Notes: generated from the letters alone by a model not told the origin. A stretch of DNA of 64,000 nucleotides from Fimbriimonadales bacterium (GCA_041744215.1 JBGTLG010000006.1:128001-192000), one strand, 5' to 3'; shown: positions 47,952 through 59,008, counted from the stretch's first letter. Numbers and translations: made by a program.

Positions 47952-49012
47952 GTCAAACTAACCGCTTTCACATGGATGCACGGTCGCAGTTTCTCGGTTG
48001 CCTTCTTGGCGGTGCGGTTGGAGATGCTCTCGGCGCACCGGTCGAGTTCATGGACTTTGTGCAAATCCGGAGGTCCCACGGAGACGGAGGCATTCGTGAT
48101 TTTGCGCCCGCATACGGAAAGACTGGCGCAATAACCGATGACACGCAAATGACTCTCTTCACTGCAGAAGGAGTCATTCGCGCACTGGTAAAGGGATCGG
48201 TAAAGGGCATTTGTGATCCCTATGAGGTGATGCGGCGCGCCTATCTTCGTTGGCTCATAACGCAAAAGGAAGTTTCACCTGTGGAGTTTCGAGCGGACGG
48301 CTGGCTGATTACCCAGCGTGCACTCTTTCGCCGACGCGCCCCGGGAAACTCCGTGTTGTCGGCGCTGCGCGACGGCGGATACCATCCAGGCGATCCACCT
48401 CAAAATGACAGCAAAGGTTGCGGTGGCGTGATGCGAGTCGCGCCCGTCGGTCTCTTGATGGAGAATCCGTTCGACTATGGTTGCAAGTCGGCTGCGATTA
48501 CGCATGGCCACCCGATGGGCCAGATCCCAGCAGGCTGCCTCGCGGTGTTGATCCGCGCGATCATAACCGGCGCGGACCTGCCTGATGCGATAACGGAAGC
48601 CCGGGAGTCTGCAACTGCGTATCCCGAGCAGGTCGATCTGATAGACAACGCGATTTCTTTGGCCGAGTCGGACGCGATCTCTTCAAAAGCGATTCATTCG
48701 CTGGGCGGGGGTTGGACTGCGCCGGATGCGCTCGCGATCGCAATCTTTGCCTGCTTGCGCGGAGAATCGCTCGAGGAAGCGGTAGTGATCGCAGTCAATC
48801 ATGACGGTGATAGTGACTCGACAGGCTCCATGGCTGGGCAAATCATGGGAACGCTGCACGGCGTCGACGCGATCCCTACGCGGTGGAAAGAAGGTGTAGA
48901 ACTGCGAGACGTCGTCGAACAAGTTGCGATCGACCTGGCGGCATTTCATGAAACGTATCCAACAGAGGAGCAGATCGCAAACGATTGGTGGATTCGGTAC
49001 CCCGGGAGTTAA
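47948..49012 (+). CDS. ADP-ribosylglycohydrolase (DraG-like)
   Basis: GCLLGGAVGDALG, TDDTQM, GCGGVMR, THGH, GDSDSTG. Confidence 0.93.
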   Translation: MSQTNRFHMDARSQFLGCLLGGAVGDALGAPVEFMDFVQIRRSHGDGGIRDFAPAYGKTGAITDDTQMTLFTAEGVIRALVKGSVKGICDPYEVMRRAYLRWLITQKEVSPVEFRADGWLITQRALFRRRAPGNSVLSALRDGGYHPGDPPQNDSKGCGGVMRVAPVGLLMENPFDYGCKSAAITHGHPMGQIPAGCLAVLIRAIITGADLPDAITEARESATAYPEQVDLIDNAISLAESDAISSKAIHSLGGGWTAPDALAIAIFACLRGESLEEAVVIAVNHDGDSDSTGSMAGQIMGTLHGVDAIPTRWKEGVELRDVVEQVAIDLAAFHETYPTEEQIANDWWIRYPGS

Positions 49013-49017
49013 TGTAG

Positions 49018-51732
49018 CTACGGTTTCGCCATTCTCCGCAACACCATCTGTAGAATCCCGCCATTGCGGTAGTAGTCGACTTCGACGGGCGTGTCGATTC
49101 TGCAGACCGTCTCGAACTGGAAGGAACTTCCGTCCGGCCTTGTCGCTGAAACCGTAACAGGTTGTCTTGCTTGTATCGAGTCGCTTACCGGTATGTCGAA
49201 CGACTCGTCGCCACGTATCCCCAGCGACTCTGCGTTTTGCCCGTCCAGGAACGTCAGTGGCAGCACTCCCATCCCAACGAGATTCGAGCGGTGAATCCGC
49301 TCGAAGGACTCCGCGATAACGGCGCGAACGCCGAGCAGCAACGTACCCTTTGCAGCCCAATCGCGCGACGACCCCATTCCGTAATCCTTTCCTGCGATCA
49401 CGATGAGCGCAACGCCTGCTTCCCTGTAACACATCGCAGCGTCGTAAATCGACTTGACTTCTCCATCGAGAAAGTCCGTTGTCCAACCGCCTTCCGTGTC
49501 CGGAGCAAGTTTGTTTCTGATGCGTATGTTTGCAAACGTCCCCCGCGTCATGACGCGGTCATTGCCTCTGCGCGACCCGTAAGAATTAAAGTGGTGGGGA
49601 CGAACGCCAATCGACATTAGATAGTGGCCCGCGGGGCTGTCCTGTTTGATCGCGCCTGCTGGGCTAATGTGATCCGTCGTCACCGAGTCGCCGAGCAGCG
49701 CAAGGCACCTGGCAGAGGCGATGCTCTCGCTCGCTTTCGGCGTAGGCGTCAAGTCTTCGAAGAAGGGCGGCTCCTGAATGTACGTGCTCTCCGGAGGAAA
49801 TGGATAGATCAACCCGGTTGCGGTCTCGATGTTCTTCCATTCATCCGATCCTTCAAAAACATTGGAGTATCCATCAATGAATTGGTCGCGGGTTACGCTC
49901 GAAAGGATCGTTTTCTGGATCTCGACAGCGCTCGGCCAAACGTCTCGCAAGTAGACAGGCTTGCCATCGCGCCCGACACCAAGTGGGTCGGTTGTCAAGT
50001 CTATGTCCACTGTGCCAGCGATCGCATAGGCAACGACAAGAGGAGGTGACGCAAGATAGTTCGCTTTGACATCGGGGTTTACGCGGCCCTCAAAGTTTCG
50101 ATTTCCGCTCAGCACTGCTGCCGCGACCAGGTCGCCCTCTTGAATCGCTTCAGAGATCGACTCAGGCAGCGGGCCGCTGTTTCCGATGCAGGTCGTGCAA
50201 CCGTAACCCACTAAGTAGAAGCCGACCGACTCCAAATCCTCCATCAATCCAGCTTTTAGCAGATAGTCGGTGACTACTTTGCTGCCAGGGGCCAACGAAG
50301 TCTTCACCCACGGTTTTCGGGTCAGCCCTTTTTCACGCGCGTTTCGCGCCAGCAATCCTGCACCAATCATAACCTCAGGATTGCTCGTGTTCGTGCAACT
50401 CGTTATCGCCGCTATGACAACGTCTCCATGATCGAGCTTAAATCGCATTCCGTCATACTCGACCGCAACGCCCTCTGCGGCAGCATCGACTTCTTCGGGA
50501 ACCGCAACCGCTGCGCCTCCCTCGCCTTCCCATCGACTGTTCGAGTTTCCAGGCACCGCCTTTCCGTAATCCTTTTGCAACCTGCTTCGCCATTCGTGCT
50601 TCATCCCGCCAAGGCCCACACGATCTTGAGGGCGCTTCGGACCGGCCAAGGACGGCTCTACGCTGCTCATGTCGAGGTGCAATGTCTGCGTGTATCGAAT
50701 GTCGAGAGAATCGTCGCGCCACAGACCTTGCGCTTTGTAAAACTCTTCGACTTGCTTAATCAGTGATTCGTCGCGGCCAGTCAATCTTAAGTATTCGATG
50801 GTGCGCGAATCAACAGGGAAGAATCCACATGTCGCGCCGTACTCCGGAGCCATGTTCGCAATAGTCGCGCGGTTTGCAACCGGCATCGAGTCCAAGCCAT
50901 CGCCGAAGAACTCCACAAACTTCCCGACAACGCCATGTTCTCGCAACATTTGCGTTACAGTTAGCACCAAGTCAGTCGCGGTCGCGCCATCTGGCAGCTT
51001 GCCGGTCAACTTGAACCCGACGACTTCAGGAAGCAGCATGTAGATTGGTTGACCCAACATACACGCCTCCGCTTCAATCCCACCGACCCCCCAACCCAAC
51101 ACTCCGAGACCATTGATCATCGTCGTGTGGCTGTCAGTTCCTACAAGAGAATCAGGGAACAGCGTGCCCCCAGATTCCCACACCACTTTCGCCAAGTACT
51201 CAAGATTGACCTGGTGAACAATTCCTGTGGCCGGGGGAACGACGCGAAAATTGTCGAAAGCGCTCTGTCCCCACTTGAGAAATTCGTATCGCTCCTTGTT
51301 GCGCTCGAACTCAAATTCTGAATTGATTCGCAGCGCATCCGCCGAAAGAAACGCATCGACCTGAACCGAGTGATCGATTACCAGGTCACACGGTATGAGG
51401 GGATTTACTTTTCTTGGATCGCCACCAAGCATTACCATTGCGTTTCGCATCGCAGCCAAATCCACGACGGCAGGAACGCCGGTGAAATCCTGTAAAACTA
51501 CTCGGGCTGGCATAAAGGGGATCTCGACTTCGCCAACTCGCTTCGGATCATATCCTTCGATAGCACGTATATGGTCTTCGGTGACCACTCGCCCATCCAA
51601 GTTGCGCAAACACGCTTCCAGAAGAACACGGATTGAATAGGGAAGAGTCTTGACTGCGTCGCCTAAGGAGTTGAGGTTGTAGTAAGTATTGTCGCCGAGG
51701 GTGGATTTCGCGTTAAGAGGCTCTTTGGACAT
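49018..51732 (-). CDS. acnA: Aconitate hydratase A
   Basis: [58 protein letters not shown]. Confidence 0.98.
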   Translation of the reverse strand: MSKEPLNAKSTLGDNTYYNLNSLGDAVKTLPYSIRVLLEACLRNLDGRVVTEDHIRAIEGYDPKRVGEVEIPFMPARVVLQDFTGVPAVVDLAAMRNAMVMLGGDPRKVNPLIPCDLVIDHSVQVDAFLSADALRINSEFEFERNKERYEFLKWGQSAFDNFRVVPPATGIVHQVNLEYLAKVVWESGGTLFPDSLVGTDSHTTMINGLGVLGWGVGGIEAEACMLGQPIYMLLPEVVGFKLTGKLPDGATATDLVLTVTQMLREHGVVGKFVEFFGDGLDSMPVANRATIANMAPEYGATCGFFPVDSRTIEYLRLTGRDESLIKQVEEFYKAQGLWRDDSLDIRYTQTLHLDMSSVEPSLAGPKRPQDRVGLGGMKHEWRSRLQKDYGKAVPGNSNSRWEGEGGAAVAVPEEVDAAAEGVAVEYDGMRFKLDHGDVVIAAITSCTNTSNPEVMIGAGLLARNAREKGLTRKPWVKTSLAPGSKVVTDYLLKAGLMEDLESVGFYLVGYGCTTCIGNSGPLPESISEAIQEGDLVAAAVLSGNRNFEGRVNPDVKANYLASPPLVVAYAIAGTVDIDLTTDPLGVGRDGKPVYLRDVWPSAVEIQKTILSSVTRDQFIDGYSNVFEGSDEWKNIETATGLIYPFPPESTYIQEPPFFEDLTPTPKASESIASARCLALLGDSVTTDHISPAGAIKQDSPAGHYLMSIGVRPHHFNSYGSRRGNDRVMTRGTFANIRIRNKLAPDTEGGWTTDFLDGEVKSIYDAAMCYREAGVALIVIAGKDYGMGSSRDWAAKGTLLLGVRAVIAESFERIHRSNLVGMGVLPLTFLDGQNAESLGIRGDESFDIPVSDSIQARQPVTVSATRPDGSSFQFETVCRIDTPVEVDYYRNGGILQMVLRRMAKP

Positions 51733-51764
51733 CGCGTCCTACCTTATACCCGTCTTTGCGCAAA

Positions 51765-52757
51765 TCAGCTGGCAAGCTTGACCGCCACGATCGCCGTGCC
51801 ACACAACGCCATCGCAAGCAGGTACAGCACCCATACCGCTTGTCGCTGCGATAGTCCCCGACCGAGGAGCGTGTGATGAACGTGCCTCTTGTCGGCCTGA
51901 GTGATCGGAACGCGGCCGAGCATTCGGCGAATCACCACAATGAATGCATCCAACACTTGCACCCCGAATATAGTGAGCGGAACAAGAAATGCGACAGCCG
52001 CAGCTGTTTTCATAACGCCATTGATGCTGACCGCAGCGAGGTAAAAACCTAAGAACTGCGCACCACCCGTGCCCATAAATATCTTGGCCGGGTGATAGTT
52101 GTAGCGCAAGAATCCCAAGCAGGCGCCGACTGCCGCCGCCGATAGCACGCCGATCAAAGGTTGCGTGCCGACGGCTAAGATCAACATCGTCGCTGAGCCG
52201 ATCGCGGCTATCCCGGCTGCCAAACCGTCGATGCCATCGATAGTATCCATCGTCTTTGCGATGACAAACACGAACCCAGCGGTGAAAAGAACTGAGTTGA
52301 GTTCGGAGAACTGAATCCAGGTGCCGGGCTCGCCGTGTGAGAACGGCCGCGACATTCCTTCAACTCGTACGTCGCCGAGCGTAGGATGCGCCAGCGCAAT
52401 CCCACACCCAACAAGGAATACCGCTTGAACAACAGCAGGAACATTGAAACGATCGTCAAGCATCCCAAACAGCACGACCGCCAGGCCGATTCCCATGATC
52501 CAAACTGACTTGAGCGTGTACGGCCCAATCATCGGCGTGCCGGCCACCACATTGGATCGAGGATAAATGATCAGCCAAGCAACAATGACCGCGAGATAGA
52601 TCGCAAGGCCGCCCCACCGCGGAGTTGGCGTTGTGTGGATTCTCCGTGCCTCTCCTGGCATGTCTACCGCGCCTAGCTTGTTAGCTATTCTCATCACCAG
52701 CGGAGTCGTCGCCAGCGCGACGATCAGGGCGATGAGGGCGGCAGCGGCGTACGTCAT
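51765..52757 (-). CDS. UDP-GlcNAc:undecaprenyl-phosphate GlcNAc-1-P transferase (WecA/TagO, MraY-like family)
   Basis: RRIH..PTPRWGG, LDD, DGIDGL, PAKIFMG, HVHH. Confidence 0.9.
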   Translation of the reverse strand: MTYAAAALIALIVALATTPLVMRIANKLGAVDMPGEARRIHTTPTPRWGGLAIYLAVIVAWLIIYPRSNVVAGTPMIGPYTLKSVWIMGIGLAVVLFGMLDDRFNVPAVVQAVFLVGCGIALAHPTLGDVRVEGMSRPFSHGEPGTWIQFSELNSVLFTAGFVFVIAKTMDTIDGIDGLAAGIAAIGSATMLILAVGTQPLIGVLSAAAVGACLGFLRYNYHPAKIFMGTGGAQFLGFYLAAVSINGVMKTAAAVAFLVPLTIFGVQVLDAFIVVIRRMLGRVPITQADKRHVHHTLLGRGLSQRQAVWVLYLLAMALCGTAIVAVKLAS

Positions 52758-53206
52758 TTCATCAATTCAACGAGTTCGCACCGGCCATCAGTAATGCGAA
52801 CGAGTTCGGTGCCGGAGTGCGCAAACAGCTGCAGCGCGAGGTCGTCGGGATAGTCACCCTCAAAGACGACGCGCCGAATCCCTGCATTGATCAGCATTTT
52901 GGCGCAGACGTTGCAGGGCTGGCACATGACGTAAATCGACGCTCCCTCGCAGGAGACGCCATTCGCGGCAGCCTGAGCGATCGCGTTCTGCTCGGCGTGC
53001 GCCGCAAGTTGGCACTTTTGGGTGATGTCGCAGCCCCACTCCTCACAGTGCGGAACCCCCCGGGGAGCGCCGTTGTATCCCGTGGCCAGAATCCGCTTGT
53101 CCTTCTCGATCACTGCGCCGACGCTCCTGCGGCGACACGTGGCTCGGCTCGAAACCGTATGCGCGATCTTCATGAAGTAATGGTCCCAAGAAGGGCGTTC
53201 CGACAT
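52754..53206 (-). CDS. dCMP deaminase family (ComEB-like)
   Basis: RPSWD.YFM, SRATC.RR.VGA, TGYNG, HAEQNA, PC..C. Confidence 0.92.
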   Translation of the reverse strand: MSERPSWDHYFMKIAHTVSSRATCRRRSVGAVIEKDKRILATGYNGAPRGVPHCEEWGCDITQKCQLAAHAEQNAIAQAAANGVSCEGASIYVMCQPCNVCAKMLINAGIRRVVFEGDYPDDLALQLFAHSGTELVRITDGRCELVELMK

Positions 53207-53238
53207 GGCGGCCATTATGGGCCCAACTCGCGGCACCC

Positions 53239-54096
53239 CTATTCGAGCCGAAACTCGGCAACGACGGCCCGGTGATCGGAAGGCCACGGGTCGATGGCGA
53301 TGTGCGTGATAGGCCCGCTCTCCCCGACAACCCAAGCTCCAATCGCCGTCAGGCCCCGGTAGAGCACGAAGTCGATTCGATCCATGACGTCGTCATCATC
53401 GAGCTTGCCGACGGGGTGTCCCGGCGACCAGGTGAATCCGAGAACTTGCAATGGGTCGGGGTGGATTGCCCGAAAGGCGTCCCGAAGCCCGGCATCCTCA
53501 GCGAGAGCGGTGACAGGCCAGCGAACCGTGAGCCCGAAGTTCCTGGCGGACGTCGCCACCGTCCAATCGAGGTGTGAAGGAGTGTTGAAGTCTCCGGTGA
53601 AAATGACCGGTCTCCCAGTCGCACGTGACGAGAGGGAATCGAGCATCGCTTTCATTTGGGAGACGCGGCCAGATCGCTCCTCGACCTCGGTGGCTGCTTT
53701 CTCATCGGCAGCCTTCTTGTCGCGAATCTCGTACGGCCCGTAAGGATACGGGTTCAGATGCGTGTTGAGAAACACGAGCTCGCGACCATTTGGAAGCCGC
53801 ACGACTGCGCCGCCCCAGCGAGAGCCTTCAACATCCCAGTCCTCGACAATCTCAAATCTGGTTACAAGCGACGCTTTCTTGCTCCACTTCCAGCGCAGCC
53901 CTTCCGCGATTTTTTCAAGATTCTCGTCCGGCTCTTGGATTCCTACAATGTCTGCGCCCGATGCCTTGATAACATCGACAACTTGCGCCAGTGGCTGAGC
54001 TTGAGTTCCTCCTCGCCAAATGTTAAATGTCAGCGCGCGGAACGTTACTGGAGTTGTTTCCATACCGAGAATCGCAAGCGCAATTGCCGTGAGCAT
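53239..54096 (-). CDS. Endonuclease/exonuclease/phosphatase family protein
   Basis: TFNI, GIQE, NTHL, GDFN, RIDF, SDH. Confidence 0.9.
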   Translation of the reverse strand: MLTAIALAILGMETTPVTFRALTFNIWRGGTQAQPLAQVVDVIKASGADIVGIQEPDENLEKIAEGLRWKWSKKASLVTRFEIVEDWDVEGSRWGGAVVRLPNGRELVFLNTHLNPYPYGPYEIRDKKAADEKAATEVEERSGRVSQMKAMLDSLSSRATGRPVIFTGDFNTPSHLDWTVATSARNFGLTVRWPVTALAEDAGLRDAFRAIHPDPLQVLGFTWSPGHPVGKLDDDDVMDRIDFVLYRGLTAIGAWVVGESGPITHIAIDPWPSDHRAVVAEFRLE

Positions 54097-54187
54097 CGCC
54101 AAATTTTACCAACCTGAACAAAAACGATAGCTCGAATCGTTCACAATCGCCCGACGCTATGCGCATGGACGAGGATCGAACAAGCAA

Positions 54188-55330
54188 ATGAGAGTGCTGT
54201 ATGGCGCACACCTCCATCTCCCTTTTTCGGCAGACATTCTCCGCTGCCTTGCAGATGAACATACCGTCCACCTTTTCACGACAGAACGCCAGCTGAGCTA
54301 CTTAGACCTGAAGGACTGGCGATCGATCATTCCGCAATCGGTAACCGCGTTTATTGAACGGGACCTTCCGGACAACACACAGCTTTCCTCCGGATTCTAT
54401 GTGCGCGCAATTCGCAGCTTAAGACGGGCGATCAGAGAATTCAAGCCAAACGTCTTGCACCTTCAGGAATCGTTCGATGCGCGCCGCGTGCTTTCATGGC
54501 AGCTTTGCCTAAGAAACATAAACTGCCCACTCGTGCTTACAGTCCACGATCCCACTCCGCACCAAGGGGAGATGATTCAGTCCTGGTCAAAGAGGCACAG
54601 ACTGCAAAGCGCGCTAAGGAGTCGTGCAACGCGCATCGTTACGACTGCAGAAGCCAACAAGCACAGGCTCTTGTCGCTGCATCAGGGTTTGCAACCGGAG
54701 AAGATCGGGGTGGTGCAGCACCACGTGCTCGAATACTATCGACGATTCGTGCCAGCAGACGCTGTTCAGCGAGACGCAAATCTGCTGTTCTTCGGAAGAA
54801 TGATCGACTACAAGGGAATTGATGTTCTCGCGGATGCTTGGCCCATCGTTCGCAAGAGAAACGCGGCAGCAACCTTGACGATCGCCGGATCCGGCCCCTC
54901 GCTCGACGCGCACGCCAGTCGATTCGCGAACGACGAAAGGGTGAAAATCCTCAATGAGCGCGTTTCCAATGAAGTTGCCGCCCGCTTGCTCAAGGAGTCG
55001 ACCGCGGTGCTGCTGCCTTACAAAGGCGCGACCCAGAGCGGCGTGATCGCAGCCGCAATAGCGTTCGGTCGTGCGTGCGTCGCGTCAGGCGTTGGAGGAA
55101 TCAGCGAGACCTTCAAGGACGGTGCAACCGCGCTGCTGATCCCACCAAACGATCCCGAAGCGCTCGCCGAAGCCGCATTGAAGATTTTAGAAGACTTTGC
55201 GCTCCGCAGGTCCATTGAAGCAGCGGTCGAGGAATTGGGATTTGGAGCCCTCAGCCCTGCCACTTTGTCGAGGCAGCTTGTTGACGAATACAAAGTTGCC
55301 ATGGGCTCATCCCGGCCTCGACCTGAGTAG
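54188..55330 (+). CDS. Glycosyltransferase family 4
   Basis: LTVHD, FFGR..DYKG, LPY..ATQSGV...A, VGG..E. Confidence 0.9.
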   Translation: MRVLYGAHLHLPFSADILRCLADEHTVHLFTTERQLSYLDLKDWRSIIPQSVTAFIERDLPDNTQLSSGFYVRAIRSLRRAIREFKPNVLHLQESFDARRVLSWQLCLRNINCPLVLTVHDPTPHQGEMIQSWSKRHRLQSALRSRATRIVTTAEANKHRLLSLHQGLQPEKIGVVQHHVLEYYRRFVPADAVQRDANLLFFGRMIDYKGIDVLADAWPIVRKRNAAATLTIAGSGPSLDAHASRFANDERVKILNERVSNEVAARLLKESTAVLLPYKGATQSGVIAAAIAFGRACVASGVGGISETFKDGATALLIPPNDPEALAEAALKILEDFALRRSIEAAVEELGFGALSPATLSRQLVDEYKVAMGSSRPRPE

Positions 55331-55375
55331 TGCGGAGGCGCGGCAGGTACCCGTAGCGCGTAAAATGGCGACTCG

Positions 55376-55459
55376 GCCCAGGTGGTGGAACGGTAGACAC
55401 AGGGGACTTAAAATCCCCCGGGGCAACCCATGCGGGTTCGATTCCCGCCCTGGGCACCA
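55376..55459 (+). tRNA. tRNA-Leu (TAA)
   Basis: Acceptor GCCCAGG/CCTGGGC, anticodon loop CTTAAAA, long variable arm, GGTTCGATTCC, CCA. Confidence 0.95.
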
Positions 55460-55478
55460 CTCTGTAAGACGGACAAAC

Positions 55479-56117
55479 ATGACGCACCGAGAGAATATCT
55501 GCCACGTCCTAATGCGACTCTATGATCGTGGATTGATAGGACCGGCAGAAGGCAACGTGAGCGTCAAAACAGAATCAGGTGCGATCCTCGCCACGCCAAG
55601 GGCGATCGATAAGGCGCGACTCTGCCCAGAAGACATTGTGGAACTCGCTGCAGACGGCACAAAACCCGCGAACATTGCGAATCGCCACTCTGCGTCATCA
55701 GAGATTGGTCTTCACTTGCGGCTCTACGCTGAACGGGCGCAGTGCGCTGCTGTTGTTCACGCGCACCCGATCGTCGCAACAGCGTTCGCAACGTCGGGTA
55801 AGACCATTCCCGATGACGTGTTGCCGGAATCTCGTTACTATCTCGGTCCGGTCGCTTTTGTTCCCTTCGCAATCCCAGGTACGCCTGGGGTTGGCGACGC
55901 GATTGCTCCCTTCGCCAAAGACCATAAGGCGTTTCTACTCGAAAATCACGGAGCGGTCACGATCGGGGCTACGCTGGATGATGCTTACTTGCGTATGGAA
56001 ACGCTGGAGCGCGTCGCAAGAATCCTCTTCATAGCAGAAGCGTGCGGTGGAGCGAACAAACTTTCAAGCGAGGCAATGATTTGGCTGAGGTCAGTCAGCG
56101 GTGGCGAAGAACTCTAA
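55479..56117 (+). CDS. Class II aldolase/adducin family protein
   Basis: EGNVS, SSE..LH, VVHAHP, LLENHGA, ETLE..A. Confidence 0.9.
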   Translation: MTHRENICHVLMRLYDRGLIGPAEGNVSVKTESGAILATPRAIDKARLCPEDIVELAADGTKPANIANRHSASSEIGLHLRLYAERAQCAAVVHAHPIVATAFATSGKTIPDDVLPESRYYLGPVAFVPFAIPGTPGVGDAIAPFAKDHKAFLLENHGAVTIGATLDDAYLRMETLERVARILFIAEACGGANKLSSEAMIWLRSVSGGEEL

Positions 56118-56356
56118 GTCCTCATCGTCACGTCGACGACGACATCGCGGATGCCTTGCCTCTGACGCAATATCTTTGACATCGTATCCAACTCTTCGCG
56201 CATATCGAAGTGGTGCCCGCGCATAGGTCGGACGCTCCCGCGCAGGTAGACGACTCCGTGGACGATTGTGATCGTCATCAGAGAAGTATCGATGGGGCGG
56301 CGTGCGAATTCCTTGCGGACAATCCGTGTAGCCTCGACGTCTTCCGGGCGTGGCAT
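56114..56356 (-). CDS. Small BON-like domain protein
   Basis: D..ITIVHGVVYLRG.V....GIRDVV pattern; perfect TATAAT 6 nt before the ATG. Confidence 0.6.
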   Translation of the reverse strand: MPRPEDVEATRIVRKEFARRPIDTSLMTITIVHGVVYLRGSVRPMRGHHFDMREELDTMSKILRQRQGIRDVVVDVTMRT

Positions 56357-56363
56357 GACTTCA

Positions 56364-57347
56364 TTATACGGAATCGCTCCGCGCAATGGAGGCTTCCGAC
56401 TTCGTCAGTGCGCCCAGAACGTCGGTTGCCGTGATGTCGCCGAGCCCTTTCTCGCCTCGATAGACAACGTGCTCGACCTGTCCGTAAGGGCCGGAGCGCT
56501 CAGGTTTCGTCGGCCCCATCATGCAGCCGACGGGTTTGCCGAGGGCAACGGCAATATGAGTCGATCCCGTGTCGCCGCCCACGTGAGCGTCGGACAAGCT
56601 CAGAACGGCGATGAGTTCTTCGAGCGACGTTTGACCCGCCAAGCTTGGAGGCGGCGCCGAACAGGTTCCGCGAAACTCGGCATAGGCTCCGACATCACCT
56701 GGCCCGCCGATCACGAACGGTGCCCATCCGTCTTCGCGGGCGAGGTATACAAACTCAGCGAAACGCGCAAGCGGCCACTTTTTCTCAGGTTTCCCTGCGC
56801 CGAGATTCATCGCCAGCGGTCTGCCTTCGAGACGAAGTTCGGACAGTTTCGATTCCGCAGCTTCCAACGCACTCGTCGATGGAGTCAGCCCGAAATCGAC
56901 TGGCTTCGCAGGGCAGCCGAGCTTCTCGGCAACCGCCAGATACTGTTCCACAACGTGCAATCCGGGTGTCGGTCTGACCGCTGCACTAAAAAGCCACGAG
57001 AGTTCTCGCTGCCAGTGATAGCCAAGTTTGCGTTTCGCTCCACTCATTCCCACGATGCGACCGCTCTTGAAAAGGCCCTGCATATCCAGCGCGACGTCGT
57101 ACTTCTTCTGCCGCAATCGGTCTTTGATCGATCTCAATTCTGCGCGTTGCGGCCTTCTCGATATCTCGATGAGCGAGTCGATCGCTCGGTGGTCACGCAG
57201 CAATCCTGCCATTTCCTTTTGAACGACCCAATCAAGTTGCCAATCAGGATTCGCACGCTTGATTGCGACAGCAGTTGGCATCGTGTGAACAATATCGCCA
57301 ATCGCTGACAAACGAACGAGAAGAACTTTCCGCGGGCCTACCTCCAG
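56364..57347 (-). CDS. Glycosyltransferase family 9 (LPS heptosyltransferase WaaC/F-like)
   Basis: KVLLVRLSAIGDIVH, DMQGL.KS, H.VE, KKWP, GQTSL, GGDTG..H.A.A, GPT; CTG start at 57347 inferred. Confidence 0.9.
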   Translation of the reverse strand: MEVGPRKVLLVRLSAIGDIVHTMPTAVAIKRANPDWQLDWVVQKEMAGLLRDHRAIDSLIEISRRPQRAELRSIKDRLRQKKYDVALDMQGLFKSGRIVGMSGAKRKLGYHWQRELSWLFSAAVRPTPGLHVVEQYLAVAEKLGCPAKPVDFGLTPSTSALEAAESKLSELRLEGRPLAMNLGAGKPEKKWPLARFAEFVYLAREDGWAPFVIGGPGDVGAYAEFRGTCSAPPPSLAGQTSLEELIAVLSLSDAHVGGDTGSTHIAVALGKPVGCMMGPTKPERSGPYGQVEHVVYRGEKGLGDITATDVLGALTKSEASIARSDSV

Positions 57348-58081
57348 TGCTCTCGCACCTCATCGCTAAGATACATCCAGTCCTTGAACGCCCAATTGGG
57401 ATAGCGGCGCGTGACGCTCTTCAGGAACGCCCTCGGACTGAGGAGATCGGGCATGCGCGGTCTGCCGTGAAACTTCAGGATCATTCCCCCTTTCAACATC
57501 TCGGCGGCTTCTTGCGGCTTCCTGCGATGCAGCTTGAGCAGTGACTTGTAAGACAGGATGAAATCACTCGGGAAAAACTGCAGCTGGGATGTCAGACCCT
57601 TGCGCTTGATCACAGCGTCGATAAAGTTCTGATCTCCAGGAAACTTCTCGTCAGCAAACTCATTTTCGCGATACGCTTGCCAAATGGTCTGCGACGTCTC
57701 GCTGCGCGTGATCCGCATCACGCATGAATTCAGAACATCGTAGTGCCAATCACGAACGGCGATCAGGTCTGCCGGCTCCTTTGCAGCGAAGTCAATGAGC
57801 CGCCGAAGATTCGACCTGATGACAAGAGACACGTCAAAGTACAGGAATTCGCTTGATGGCATTTCGTCGATGTCAAAAAGCTTCACCTTGTTGAACCAAC
57901 CAGAGTATCCCCATGAAGAACAGTCTGACTGCTTGATTGCTGAAGGCAAGTCACGATTCCGATCTGTAAAGCATGTCAGCTGAAATGGCTCATCGACCTG
58001 CCTTGAAAGCATGTTGAACAGCCTTTCTACGTAAAGGTCCGGAAACTGATCACCGACGTTCAAGCAAACGACTTCAAGCAT
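57338..58081 (-). CDS. Putative glycosyltransferase (GT-A/GT8-like)
   Basis: YVERL..M, F.CFTD, GWFNK..LF, LYFD, NS.VM, GDQ.FI, FHG.P. Confidence 0.6.
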   Translation of the reverse strand: MLEVVCLNVGDQFPDLYVERLFNMLSRQVDEPFQLTCFTDRNRDLPSAIKQSDCSSWGYSGWFNKVKLFDIDEMPSSEFLYFDVSLVIRSNLRRLIDFAAKEPADLIAVRDWHYDVLNSCVMRITRSETSQTIWQAYRENEFADEKFPGDQNFIDAVIKRKGLTSQLQFFPSDFILSYKSLLKLHRRKPQEAAEMLKGGMILKFHGRPRMPDLLSPRAFLKSVTRRYPNWAFKDWMYLSDEVREHWR

Positions 58082-58084
58082 ATA

Positions 58085-59008
58085 TCACGCGTCCAGCAAC
58101 CCCTGATTTCGCGCGGCCTTCCATCTGTCGTGCATCCATAGCCACTGCTCGGGATGCTTCCGAACGGCATTCTCAATCATCTCATTGATTGCCGCTGTAA
58201 TGCGTCGAACATCCTCGTCCTTATCCCCAGTTGCCTCTGGAATCTCTAGTTTGACGATCTCTCCATGATAACGTCCGTCCGGCTTTTCAGAGCAGAAAGT
58301 TCCGATGATGGGCGCGCCGGTTCGCAGGTGAAACACAGCGGGCCCGGTCACGGTGCCTGCAAGCTTTCCAAAGAATGGAACAAACACTTCGTTTGAGTTT
58401 TGATCTGGCAGTATTCCGACACACTCGTTGTTCTTTAGCCTTGTAATGATCTCTCTTGCGGCGCTTCCGCGCGAGAAAACCTCTACTCCCTGCGCGTTCC
58501 GTTTGCGATTGATGAGTGCATTGGCCTCAGCGTCGTTCGCGTCTCGAGCAACGACGCTTACCTTGTATCCCTTCAATGCCAGATAGTGGACACCGCGCTC
58601 CCAGTTTCCAAAGTGGGCGGAAACCATGAGGACGCCCTTGCCAAGAGCGAGCGCTTCGTCGAGATGCTCGATTCCGTGCGGGTCAATACTAGACAGCACT
58701 TCCTCATCCGAAGTACGAACACCGCGCAGAAAGCGCATCGCGGTCTTTCCAAAGTGCTCGAAGACTCGCTTTGCAGTCCGCGTGACTTGCTCGTCGGACC
58801 AATCCGGGTAGCACATCCGCAAGTTCGACTCGGTGCGCTCGCGGTGCTTTCGGCTGATTAGGCGACCTAATCGACCGAGCCACATCCCCCAGCGATCAGT
58901 CCAGCGCTGTGGAAACTTCTCTGCAAGCCACGTACCGAACGCGACGACGCATCCGCCCGCGCGATAGGTTGCACGTCGCTTTAGGCTCCTACCAGTTTTC
59001 TGAGCCAT
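58085..59008 (-). CDS. Lipid A late acyltransferase (LpxL/HtrB-like)
   Basis: HFGNWE, LPDQ, VPFFG, PEQWLWMHDRWK. Confidence 0.9.
   Translation of the reverse strand: MAQKTGRSLKRRATYRAGGCVVAFGTWLAEKFPQRWTDRWGMWLGRLGRLISRKHRERTESNLRMCYPDWSDEQVTRTAKRVFEHFGKTAMRFLRGVRTSDEEVLSSIDPHGIEHLDEALALGKGVLMVSAHFGNWERGVHYLALKGYKVSVVARDANDAEANALINRKRNAQGVEVFSRGSAAREIITRLKNNECVGILPDQNSNEVFVPFFGKLAGTVTGPAVFHLRTGAPIIGTFCSEKPDGRYHGEIVKLEIPEATGDKDEDVRRITAAINEMIENAVRKHPEQWLWMHDRWKAARNQGLLDA

Noticed and set aside
55197-55478. N-terminal extension of the aldolase ORF
   Set aside because: It runs through tRNA-Leu; aldolase similarity begins at ATG 55479.
56268-57308. 346-aa plus-strand ORF
   Set aside because: Antisense to the well-supported GT9 gene.
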